This document shows positions 9,015-16,312 of a stretch of 36,745 nt of DNA, one piece after another (position 1 is the first letter of the stretch; each line of letters opens with the position of its first letter). Source of the DNA: a virus (lineage: Duplodnaviria > Heunggongvirae > Uroviricota > Caudoviricetes); IMG/VR virus record IMGVR_UViG_2703718842_000001, one strand, 5' to 3'. The notes beneath the pieces are model-generated. The model did no database searches and was not told the origin of the DNA. It saw nothing but the letters and a program-made list of their open reading frames with translations. The translations under genes were made by a program, and so were the position numbers.

Positions 9015-9503
9015 ATGAGTCTTTTGAATGAAGTTCAGAAATACATTGAAGCCCATCCGGGGTGTACTTCCGGAGACATTGCGGATGCTTTTGCTGGTTA
9101 CTCACGGCAGCGCGTTCTGCAGTCAGCAAGCAAGTTACGTCAGAGTGGGCGTGTGGCTCACCGTTGTGAAGGAGATACACGCAGACATTTCCCGCGCCTG
9201 ACTGAGAGAGCGCAGGAGCCGGAACCACAACCAGTTCGTGAAACCAGACCTGTGCGCAATTTCTATGTCGGCACTAACGATCCCCGGGTAATTTTGTGCC
9301 TGACCCGCCAGGCTGAAGAACTGGAGTCCAGGGGCTTATACCGTCGTGCTGCAACGGTGTGGATGGCGGCATTCCGTGAAAGCCATTCCCAGCCAGAACG
9401 AAACAATTTTCTGGCGCGTCGTGAGCAGTGTTTACGGAAAAGCAGCAAGCGCGCTGTATCGAGTGATGAGTGGTATCTGTCAGGGAATTACGTGGGGGCG
9501 TAA
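9015..9503 (+). CDS. PerC-family-like small regulator (162 aa from ATG 9015)
   Basis: motif ELESRGLYRRAATVWMAAF resembles the conserved PerC/Pch core as I recall it; ATG 9015 preceded by GGGGGTG; stop overlaps next start (TAATG). Confidence 0.45.
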   Translation: MSLLNEVQKYIEAHPGCTSGDIADAFAGYSRQRVLQSASKLRQSGRVAHRCEGDTRRHFPRLTERAQEPEPQPVRETRPVRNFYVGTNDPRVILCLTRQAEELESRGLYRRAATVWMAAFRESHSQPERNNFLARREQCLRKSSKRAVSSDEWYLSGNYVGA

Positions 9504-9829
9504 TGACGACGTTAACTCAATGCCAGCAGCAGGTGCTGGATATGCTGATTTCTTACCAGAAAGAACGTGGCTTCCCGCCAACCAATCAGGAGGTGGCAAC
9601 CATGCTGGGATACCGTTCAGTGAATGCAGCGGTGGAGCATCTTCGCGCACTGGAGAAAAAAGGCGTCATCACGATAAAGCGTGGCGTGGCCCGGGGGATC
9701 ACGCTTCATACCGCGGTGAAGGACGACGACAGCGAGGCGGTCGGTATCATCCGCGCACTGCTTGCCGGTGAGGAAAACGCCAGGCAGCGTGCAGCCCACT
9801 GGTTACATGAGAGGGGCCTGAAAGTATGA
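9503..9829 (+). CDS. LexA N-terminal DNA-binding-domain-like protein lacking the S24 peptidase domain (108 aa)
   Basis: MTTLTQCQQQVLDMLISYQKERGFPPTNQEVATMLGYRSVNAAVEHLRALEKKGVITIKRGVARGITL aligns by eye with LexA residues 1-69 including the recognition helix; ORF ends after ~40 more residues with no Ser/Lys catalytic domain. Confidence 0.7.
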   Translation: MTTLTQCQQQVLDMLISYQKERGFPPTNQEVATMLGYRSVNAAVEHLRALEKKGVITIKRGVARGITLHTAVKDDDSEAVGIIRALLAGEENARQRAAHWLHERGLKV

Positions 9830-10215
9830 AGCTGATCTTGCCTTTCCCGCCCAGCGTGAACACGTACTGGCGACACCCCAACAAAGGGGCGTTTGCAGGT
9901 AAGAGCCTGATAAGCGCGGCGGGGCGCAAATTCCAGAGCGCGGCGTGTGCAGCAATAGTTGAGCAGTTACGTCGTCTGCCAAAACCAACGTCGGCACCTG
10001 CTTCAGTGGAGATCGTGTTGTTTCCTCCGGATAACCGGATCCGCGATCTGGACAACTATAACAAGGCGCTGTTTGACGCCCTGACCCACGCGGGTGTGTG
10101 GGAAGACGACAGCCAGGTGAAAAGAATGCTGGTGGAGTGGGGACCGGTTATCCCGGAAGGGAAGGTCGAGATCACTATCAGTAAGTACGAGAAAACGGCG
10201 GGTGCAGCCGCCTGA
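9826..10215 (+). CDS. rusA: RusA-type Holliday junction resolvase (129 aa)
   Basis: MKLILPFPPSVNTYWRH..RDLDNYNKALFDALTHAGVWEDDSQV matches the RusA family (catalytic Asp cluster); GAGGGG RBS. Confidence 0.85.
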   Translation: MKLILPFPPSVNTYWRHPNKGAFAGKSLISAAGRKFQSAACAAIVEQLRRLPKPTSAPASVEIVLFPPDNRIRDLDNYNKALFDALTHAGVWEDDSQVKRMLVEWGPVIPEGKVEITISKYEKTAGAAA

Positions 10216-10234
10216 TCAAGAGGAGAAACGAAGT

Positions 10235-11032
10235 ATGAATAATCTGATGGTCATTGATGGTATTGAAGTTCGTCGTGATGCTTATGGGCGTTACAGCCTG
10301 AACGATCTGCACAGGGCTGCTGGTTCTCTGGATAAGCATAAGCCTGCATTCTGGCTCCGCAATGAGCAAACTGAACGTTTAATAAGCGAGTTGCAGATTT
10401 GCAACTCGGTCAATATAGAGCCAGTTAACGTTATTCGTGGCGGAAATAACCAGGGGACGTATGTCTGCAAAGAACTGGTGTATGCCTATGCAATGTGGAT
10501 CAGCCCGTCATTCCATCTGAAGGTGATCCGTACTTTCGACATGGTAACCAGCGCACCGGAAAAATTATCCGGACAGGCTGCTGACAAGATGCAGGCTGGT
10601 GTGATTCTGCTGGACTTTATGCGCCGGGAATTAAACCTGTCTAACTCTTCAGTGCTTGGTGCCTGTCAGAAACTCCAGGAGGCTGTTGGCTTACCGAATC
10701 TGGCACCGCGCTATGCCATTGATGCTCCTGCTGACGCGCCTGATGGCTCAAGCCGCCCCACGCTGTCACTGAGTGCACTGCTGAAGCAGTATGGTATCCG
10801 CCTGACAGCTAATCAGGCATATCACCAGATGGTGAAGCTGGGGATCGTCGAGCAGCGCGAACGATACAGCCGTACCGCGATTAACAACATCAAAAAATTC
10901 TGGTCGCTGACAGCGAAAGGCTGCATGTTCGGCAAGAATATCACCAGTCCCGCAAATCCGCGCGAGACGCAGCCGCATTTCTTCGAATCCCGATTCCCTG
11001 AGCTGTTAAAGCTGCTCGATACCGTTCATTGA
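10235..11032 (+). CDS. KilA-N domain protein (265 aa)
   Basis: ATG 10235 with AGGAG RBS; N-terminal KilA-N-like region ([41 protein letters not shown]). Confidence 0.65.
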   Translation: [265 protein letters not shown]

Positions 11033-11033
11033 G

Positions 11034-12029
11034 GTGACCGTGAGAGCACTACTGACCCCTGAAATTGCCCCGCGTATGGGGATCGTATTGTTCAGGCCAG
11101 GTTCAGAGTTGATGCCCCTGTTTATGCAGGGGCGTGTCCTGCTGGAGCCTGAGCCGGAACGTTATTCATCTTTCGCCAGTGGTGCAGTTCCGGCGGCATC
11201 ACAACCGCTGGCGGATGATCCTGCCGTTCGGGCCGTGTTCCGCAATGAGGCAGTGATCCGTCGTGCTGGTGGCGTGGAATGTCTTGAAAGCTGGTTACTT
11301 CGTGAAAAAAGCTGCCAGTGGCCTCATTCCGACTGGCACAGCGAGAACATGACCACAATGCGACACGCTCCGGGCGCAATCCGTCTGTGCTGGCACTGCG
11401 ATAACCAGCTGCGCGATCAGTTCACGGAACGGCTGGAATCAATGGCAACGGATAACTGTGCCCGCTGGGTGTTGTCTGTTGTGCGTCGGGATCTCGGTTT
11501 TGATGACAGTCACGTTGTGACAATGCCGGAACTGTGCTGGTGGCTGATTCGTAATGATCTGGCGGATGCCTTACCGGAAAGTGCAGCCCGTAAGGCACTG
11601 AGATTACCGAAGCCTGTTGTGCCGTCTGTTACCCGGGAAAGTGACCTTGTGCCTTCGGTTCCTGCCACCAGCATCATCCAGGATAAGGCGAAAAAGGTGC
11701 TGGCGCTGAAAGTGGATCCGGAGTCGCCGGAGTCTTTTATGTTACGCCCAAAACGTCGCCGCTGGGTTAATGAAAAGTACACGCGCTGGGTTAAGACACA
11801 GCCGTGTGCATGTTGTGGAAAGCCCGCTGATGATCCCCACCACCTGATAGGTCACGGTCAGGGTGGAATGGGAACAAAAGCGCATGACCTTTTTGTGTTG
11901 CCTTTGTGCAGAAAGCATCACGACGAGCTGCATGCGGATACCGTGGCATTTGAAGAGAAGTATGGCTCCCAGCTGGAGCTGATATTTCGTTTTATCGATC
12001 GTGCGCTGGCAATTGGCGTGCTGGCCTGA
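11034..12029 (+). CDS. DUF968-type protein with C-terminal Cys/His-rich HNH-like motif (start uncertain, GTG 11034 or 11040)
   Basis: C-terminus CACCGKPADDPHHLIGHGQGGMGTKAHDLFVLPLCRKHHDELH; typical nin-region position upstream of Q. Confidence 0.65.
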   Translation: MTVRALLTPEIAPRMGIVLFRPGSELMPLFMQGRVLLEPEPERYSSFASGAVPAASQPLADDPAVRAVFRNEAVIRRAGGVECLESWLLREKSCQWPHSDWHSENMTTMRHAPGAIRLCWHCDNQLRDQFTERLESMATDNCARWVLSVVRRDLGFDDSHVVTMPELCWWLIRNDLADALPESAARKALRLPKPVVPSVTRESDLVPSVPATSIIQDKAKKVLALKVDPESPESFMLRPKRRRWVNEKYTRWVKTQPCACCGKPADDPHHLIGHGQGGMGTKAHDLFVLPLCRKHHDELHADTVAFEEKYGSQLELIFRFIDRALAIGVLA

Positions 12030-12046
12030 TTTTGTGGAGAAAGTTG

Positions 12047-12388
12047 ATGCGTGATATGTATGAAGTATTGGACCGCTGGGGTGCATGGGCTGCAGCAGAT
12101 AACAGTGGTGTGGACTGGCAGCCTGTTGCTGCAGGGTTTAAAGGTTTACTACCTCATGGAAAGAAAACACGCCAACAATGCGATGATGATGAAGGAATCA
12201 TGATTGACAGCTGTGTTGCGCGATTGCGGAAATATAAGCCCGAAGAGTATGAGTTGGTTATTGCTCATTTTGTTATCGGCATCTCACTAAGAGCTATTGC
12301 AAAGAAGCAGAAGTGTTCTGATGGGACAATAAGAAAAGAGTTGCAAACAGCTCTTGGTTTTCTGGATGGTGTGCTTTCAATGTTGTAA
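12047..12388 (+). CDS. Q: late-gene antiterminator Q, small QuuD-type (113 aa from ATG 12047)
   Basis: MRDMYEVLDRWGAWAA..AAGFKG..CDDDEG..CSDGTIRKELQ resembles the small Phage_antitermQ family; GGAGAAAG RBS; ORF track start 12032 is TTG. Confidence 0.75.
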   Translation: MRDMYEVLDRWGAWAAADNSGVDWQPVAAGFKGLLPHGKKTRQQCDDDEGIMIDSCVARLRKYKPEEYELVIAHFVIGISLRAIAKKQKCSDGTIRKELQTALGFLDGVLSML

Positions 12389-12393
12389 TATTA

Positions 12394-12417
12394 GGGGGAA
12401 TTACCCCCCTTTTTTTC
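12394..12417 (+). terminator. rho-independent terminator immediately after Q (convergent with the antisense moron)
   Basis: GGGGG (12394-12398) AATTA CCCCCC (12404-12409) followed by TTTTTTT; the stop codon of the minus-strand membrane-protein gene lies in the loop. Confidence 0.6.
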
Positions 12418-12949
12418 TCTGTTGCTTTAATAAAATTTTAATATTTTGTCTGATTATGATGAGGCAATGTAATAAAAGAAATACCGTTAGTATTGCAAGC
12501 CATACGCAAAATAAGCATGCATATAAATTAGTTGAAAGTCCAATAGTGAATTGTGCAATTGCTGTTGTGATAGAACATAATATTGATGTATTAATAAATG
12601 AGGATAAATTGTCTAAAGGTTTATAAAGTACACTATCATTGATTTTGTCAATAGGTATACCAGTGGCAATGCTATAAATTTCCTTATATTCCTGAGTTGC
12701 AAAAACCTTATCGCGTAAATTTATTATGACAAAGGTATGCAGGCTCAATAAAAATGAACCCACGGAAATAAAACCGGAGAAGAGATAGCCTCGTAAGTTT
12801 TTATGATAAAAATCAAAAAAGTTAACACTTACTTTAGGTGTGTTTCTGTACAATAGGTAAAGTGCAAGCAATGCCAGGATCGAGAATGCAAGCAGTGTAA
12901 TGTACTGATACCTCAATCTTTTATTTATTAGCCATTCATATAAAGGCAT
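12401..12949 (-). CDS. unknown four-helix inner-membrane protein (182 aa), second gene of the AT-rich moron
   Basis: four hydrophobic segments (approx. aa 16-34, 54-76, 118-138, 141-165) with a ~40-aa soluble loop; Lys/Arg-rich C-terminus; AT-rich codon usage; start overlaps the upstream gene by 14 nt. Confidence 0.7.
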   Translation of the reverse strand: MPLYEWLINKRLRYQYITLLAFSILALLALYLLYRNTPKVSVNFFDFYHKNLRGYLFSGFISVGSFLLSLHTFVIINLRDKVFATQEYKEIYSIATGIPIDKINDSVLYKPLDNLSSFINTSILCSITTAIAQFTIGLSTNLYACLFCVWLAILTVFLLLHCLIIIRQNIKILLKQQRKKGG

Positions 12950-13862
12950 TTTTATTCGTCCCGTTCAGCATTTCTTCTTTTATCATATCAAAAACAGGGT
13001 TTGTTGTATAATTATCGTTTGTCAATCCATTGACTTTATCGGCAATTATATCGAAATCGTATGTTTCAAAAAAAACAGGGCAGTTCATAAAATCAATGGT
13101 TTTTTCTATTCCTGCATGGTTTACTGCAATAACCTGTGCTTTAGCAACTCCACTCATAGAATTATAAATATTTGAAAGATTCTGAGATAGTTGTTGCACT
13201 TTTGTTCTGTCGCTAGAATTAAAATTCATATCTATTGTGGTGGTGTTAACAAATTGTTCAAGCGCAGTCATTGGTCCACCTTTAAAATCTATATAATTAA
13301 ATTTAAAGCTTGTGCTTTTAATCTCTTTGAATTGACATAAAACACTCTGAATGTTGTTTTTATTTGTCATAAGGCTGAAAGTCAGTCTTTTTTTGTATTT
13401 TTTATTTATTGCAGTTACTTCTTTTTGTTTTGGTTTATCACCAAGTTTTTTTATTTCTTCTTTATTTTGATTTCTGATAAATTCATTACTTATTGTTTCT
13501 AAATGAGAAAAGAGAGTGTTCAGACTGCATGAACCGTGGTGATACATATAGAGACCAGAAAGATTAGATTTTTTAATTAAGAAAAAGTTGAAATTAGCAA
13601 GTTTGTCACTTCCTTGAAGATCTTCAATTTTAAGCTGGAATTTACCATCAACAAATTGCGACTTACAGTTCTTTTTTTGGTTTCTGAATGTGACAACTAA
13701 TCCATAATAGAAATCATTCACATCCGAAATGAGAATTTTACGAGTATAGTCTGTGCGACTGTGTTCTCTGTTTGATGCGTTGATAAAAGCATTCATTACG
13801 TCAACGGTATTAATATTTTTGTTATTGTTATTTATTGTAAATCCTATGCTTCTAACTTTCAT
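12936..13862 (-). CDS. unknown soluble protein (308 aa), first gene of the AT-rich moron
   Basis: long ORF with Asn/Lys-rich composition (INNNNKNIN); no catalytic motif recognised by eye; ATG at revcomp 13860-13862. Confidence 0.7.
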   Translation of the reverse strand: MKVRSIGFTINNNNKNINTVDVMNAFINASNREHSRTDYTRKILISDVNDFYYGLVVTFRNQKKNCKSQFVDGKFQLKIEDLQGSDKLANFNFFLIKKSNLSGLYMYHHGSCSLNTLFSHLETISNEFIRNQNKEEIKKLGDKPKQKEVTAINKKYKKRLTFSLMTNKNNIQSVLCQFKEIKSTSFKFNYIDFKGGPMTALEQFVNTTTIDMNFNSSDRTKVQQLSQNLSNIYNSMSGVAKAQVIAVNHAGIEKTIDFMNCPVFFETYDFDIIADKVNGLTNDNYTTNPVFDMIKEEMLNGTNKNAFI

Positions 13863-13983
13863 GTGTATTCCAGGACCGACTAAAGATAGCGAGAATGGGG
13901 ACGCATAGTTTATAAAAACCCTAACGCGTACGCAAAAAGTATTATATCGTGTTAAGAGTGGTTACTTCGCCACACAACTTAAA

Positions 13984-14005
13984 CCCGCCGCTGAGCGGTT
14001 TTTTT
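13984..14005 (+). terminator. short GC hairpin plus T7 tract (candidate tR'-like terminator)
   Basis: CCGC TGA GCGG (13988-13998) followed by TTTTTTT (13999-14005); lies between the antisense moron and the first rightward late-region ORF. Confidence 0.4.
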
Positions 14006-14126
14006 GTACCTGTAAACCTGGTGCAGTACAGTAAACACGCTGGTGGTCGTGAATACTGGCTTTTTATCTTGCTGGCTTTTTAGACAAGAGTTATTGGTAT
14101 GTCATGTTAACCAGAAGGGAAAAAAC

Positions 14127-14330
14127 ATGCTAAAACAGCAAGATATGACAGAAACCGCCGCCGCAGTCCTTCATTTCTTACCTGCTGACAAGTGGGTAAC
14201 GCCACGCATGATGACGAGAACTACCGGAGTAAGCGAAGCCCGGTGCCAGTTAATACTGACTCAGTTAGTTCTGGCGGGTCTGGCGAAGGATAACGGCGGG
14301 TACGGGAATAAATTCAGACGCTGCCAGTAA
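14127..14330 (+). CDS. small hypothetical protein, possible winged-helix (67 aa)
   Basis: ATG 14127 with AGGGA RBS (ORF track 14043 start lacks an RBS); MLKQQDMTETAAAVLHFLPADKWVTPRMMTRTTGVSEARCQLILTQLVLAGLA. Confidence 0.45.
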   Translation: MLKQQDMTETAAAVLHFLPADKWVTPRMMTRTTGVSEARCQLILTQLVLAGLAKDNGGYGNKFRRCQ

Positions 14331-14480
14331 TGGCGGTTTCCTGCTGTGAAAATGGGCGGCTGGTGGGTGTTGGTAGCACCTGCCAGCCATTCGCTCATGC
14401 TTACTGGTCACAAGCGAACCACGGCCCACTGCTTTAGCGCAAAAGCAGAGTGAGCCTACCAGAGTTACGCTTACTGATCC

Positions 14481-15533
14481 ATGAAAAATACTGTAAAAAT
14501 AAACAGTGTTGATTTAATCAACGCTGATTGCCTGCATTTTATTCAGTCCCTGCCTGATGATTCCATTGACCTGATTGTTACCGATCCGCCTTACTTCAAG
14601 GTGAAACCCAACGGTTGGGACAATCAGTGGAAAGGGGACGAAGATTACCTTAAGTGGCTGGACCACTGTCTGGCCCAGTTCTGGCGGGTGTTGAAACCTG
14701 CCGGAAGCCTTTACCTGTTCTGTGGGCATCGCCTGGCATCTGATATTGAGATCATGATGCGTGAACGTTTCAACGTGCTTAACCATATCATCTGGGCGAA
14801 GCCGTCCGGACGTTGGAATGGGTGTAATAAAGAAAGTCTGCGCGCATATTTTCCTGCCACAGAGCGCGTTCTGTTTGCTGAACATTACCAGGGGCCATAT
14901 CGCGGCAAAAGTGACGGCTATGCGGCAAAAGAAAGGGAACTCAAACAGCACATAATGGCACCGCTGATATCGTATTTCAGGGATGCTCGTGCCGAACTGG
15001 GTATAACGGCAAAACAAATTGCCGAAGCCACAGGTAAGAAAAATATGGTTTCCCACTGGTTTGGTGCCAGTCAGTGGCAGTTGCCGAATGAGGCTGACTA
15101 TCGGAAGTTACAGGCACTGTTTTCCCGTATAGCGGCAGAGAAGTTTCAGGAACAACAACTGGAACAACCACACCACCAGCTGGTGGCATCTTATGATTCA
15201 CTGAATCGCAAATATTCTGAATTGCTGGATGAGTTTAAATCTCTCCGGCGCTATTTCTCCGTATCAGTCTCCGTGCCTTATACCGATGTCTGGATGCATA
15301 AACCCGTTCAGTTCTACCCGGGTAAACATCCGTGTGAGAAACCTGCGGATATGCTCCGGCAAATAATCAATGCCAGTAGTCGACCTGGTGATCTGGTTGC
15401 TGATTTTTTTATGGGATCCGGTTCCACAATAAAAGCAGCAATGGCGCTGGGGCGTCGGGCCTTAGGTGTTGAGCTTGAGTCAGAGCGGTTTAACCAGACA
15501 GTGAAAGAGATAAACGAGCTGGTGGGGAAATAA
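14481..15533 (+). CDS. DNA methyltransferase, beta-class (N6-adenine or N4-cytosine), apparently orphan (350 aa)
   Basis: motif IV DPPY near N-terminus (LIVTDPPYF) and AdoMet motif I near C-terminus (DLVADFFMGSGST); no adjacent endonuclease-like ORF recognised. Confidence 0.85.
   Translation: MKNTVKINSVDLINADCLHFIQSLPDDSIDLIVTDPPYFKVKPNGWDNQWKGDEDYLKWLDHCLAQFWRVLKPAGSLYLFCGHRLASDIEIMMRERFNVLNHIIWAKPSGRWNGCNKESLRAYFPATERVLFAEHYQGPYRGKSDGYAAKERELKQHIMAPLISYFRDARAELGITAKQIAEATGKKNMVSHWFGASQWQLPNEADYRKLQALFSRIAAEKFQEQQLEQPHHQLVASYDSLNRKYSELLDEFKSLRRYFSVSVSVPYTDVWMHKPVQFYPGKHPCEKPADMLRQIINASSRPGDLVADFFMGSGSTIKAAMALGRRALGVELESERFNQTVKEINELVGK
14489..14508. promoter_or_regulatory. SOS-box-like palindrome TACTGT-N8-ACAGTG at the start of the methyltransferase gene
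   Basis: TACTGTAAAAATAAACAGTG (CTGT 14491-14494, ACAG 14503-14506, AT-rich 8-nt spacer) matches the LexA consensus CTGT-N8-ACAG; a single occurrence is compatible with chance. Confidence 0.25.
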
Positions 15534-15540
15534 TCTGGTG

Positions 15541-15563
15541 GCCACGTAGGTGGCTTTTTTATT
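15541..15563 (+). terminator. rho-independent terminator after the methyltransferase gene
   Basis: GCCAC GTAG GTGGC followed by TTTTTTATTT, starting 8 nt after the TAA stop. Confidence 0.6.
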
Positions 15564-15599
15564 TCCATTACACAGCACCCGCATCTGCGAGGTGGGGTT

Positions 15600-15815
15600 A
15601 TGAAATCCATGGATAAGTTAACAACGGGTGTCGCCTATGGCACCTCAGCAGGTAGTGCCGGGTACTGGTTTTTACAGTTGCTCGATAAAGTCACGCCCTC
15701 ACAGTGGGCGGCAATAGGTGTGCTGGGTAGTCTGGTATTTGGCTTGCTGACGTATCTGACAAACCTTTATTTCAAGATTAAAGAAGATAAGCGTAAGGCT
15801 GCGAGAGGTGAATAA
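15600..15815 (+). CDS. S: holin, S21-like class II / pinholin type (71 aa)
   Basis: [61 protein letters not shown]: two TM segments and charged C-terminus; GAGGTGGGG RBS; followed by endolysin. Confidence 0.85.
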
Positions 15816-16312
15816 TGTCGCCATCATTACGCAAGGCTGTTGCTGCTGCTATTGGTGGTGGGGCTGTTGCCATAGCGTCTGTGCTCATCACTGGTCCGAG
15901 TGGTGACGATGGCCTGGAAGGTGTCAGCTACATACCATACAAAGATATCGTTGGCGTATGGACTGTATGTCACGGACACACCGGAAAAGACATCATGCTA
16001 GGTAAAACGTATACCGAAGCAGAATGCAAAGCCCTCCTGAATAAAGACCTTGCCACGGTCGCCAGACAAATTAACCCGTACATCAAAGTCGATATACCGG
16101 AAACAACGCGCGGCGCTCTTTACTCGTTCGTCTACAACGTGGGTGCTGGCAATTTCAGAACATCGACGCTTCTTCGCAAAATAAACCAGGGCGATATCAA
16201 AGGCGCATGTGACCAGCTACGTCGCTGGACATACGCTGGCGGTAAGCAATGGAAAGGCCTGATGACTCGTCGTGAGATTGAGCGTGAAGTCTGTTTGTGG
16301 GGGCAACAATGA
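15815..16312 (+). CDS. R: SAR endolysin (lysozyme, R21-like), 165 aa
   Basis: N-terminal Gly/Ala-rich signal-anchor-release segment ([23 protein letters not shown]) followed by a lysozyme-like domain; ATG overlaps holin stop. Confidence 0.85.
   Translation: MSPSLRKAVAAAIGGGAVAIASVLITGPSGDDGLEGVSYIPYKDIVGVWTVCHGHTGKDIMLGKTYTEAECKALLNKDLATVARQINPYIKVDIPETTRGALYSFVYNVGAGNFRTSTLLRKINQGDIKGACDQLRRWTYAGGKQWKGLMTRREIEREVCLWGQQ

Noticed and set aside
12389-14480. Search for toxin cargo (Shiga toxin or similar) at the Q-lysis hotspot
   Set aside because: No ORF with an A-subunit or B-pentamer-like signal-peptide pair; the cargo here is the unassigned two-gene module instead.
12401-15533. Possibility that the AT-rich 308-aa protein and the methyltransferase form a classical type II restriction-modification pair
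   Set aside because: The two genes differ sharply in base composition, suggesting separate origins; the 308-aa gene is co-transcribed with a membrane protein, and I see no PD-(D/E)xK or other nuclease motif. Not excluded, only judged less likely.
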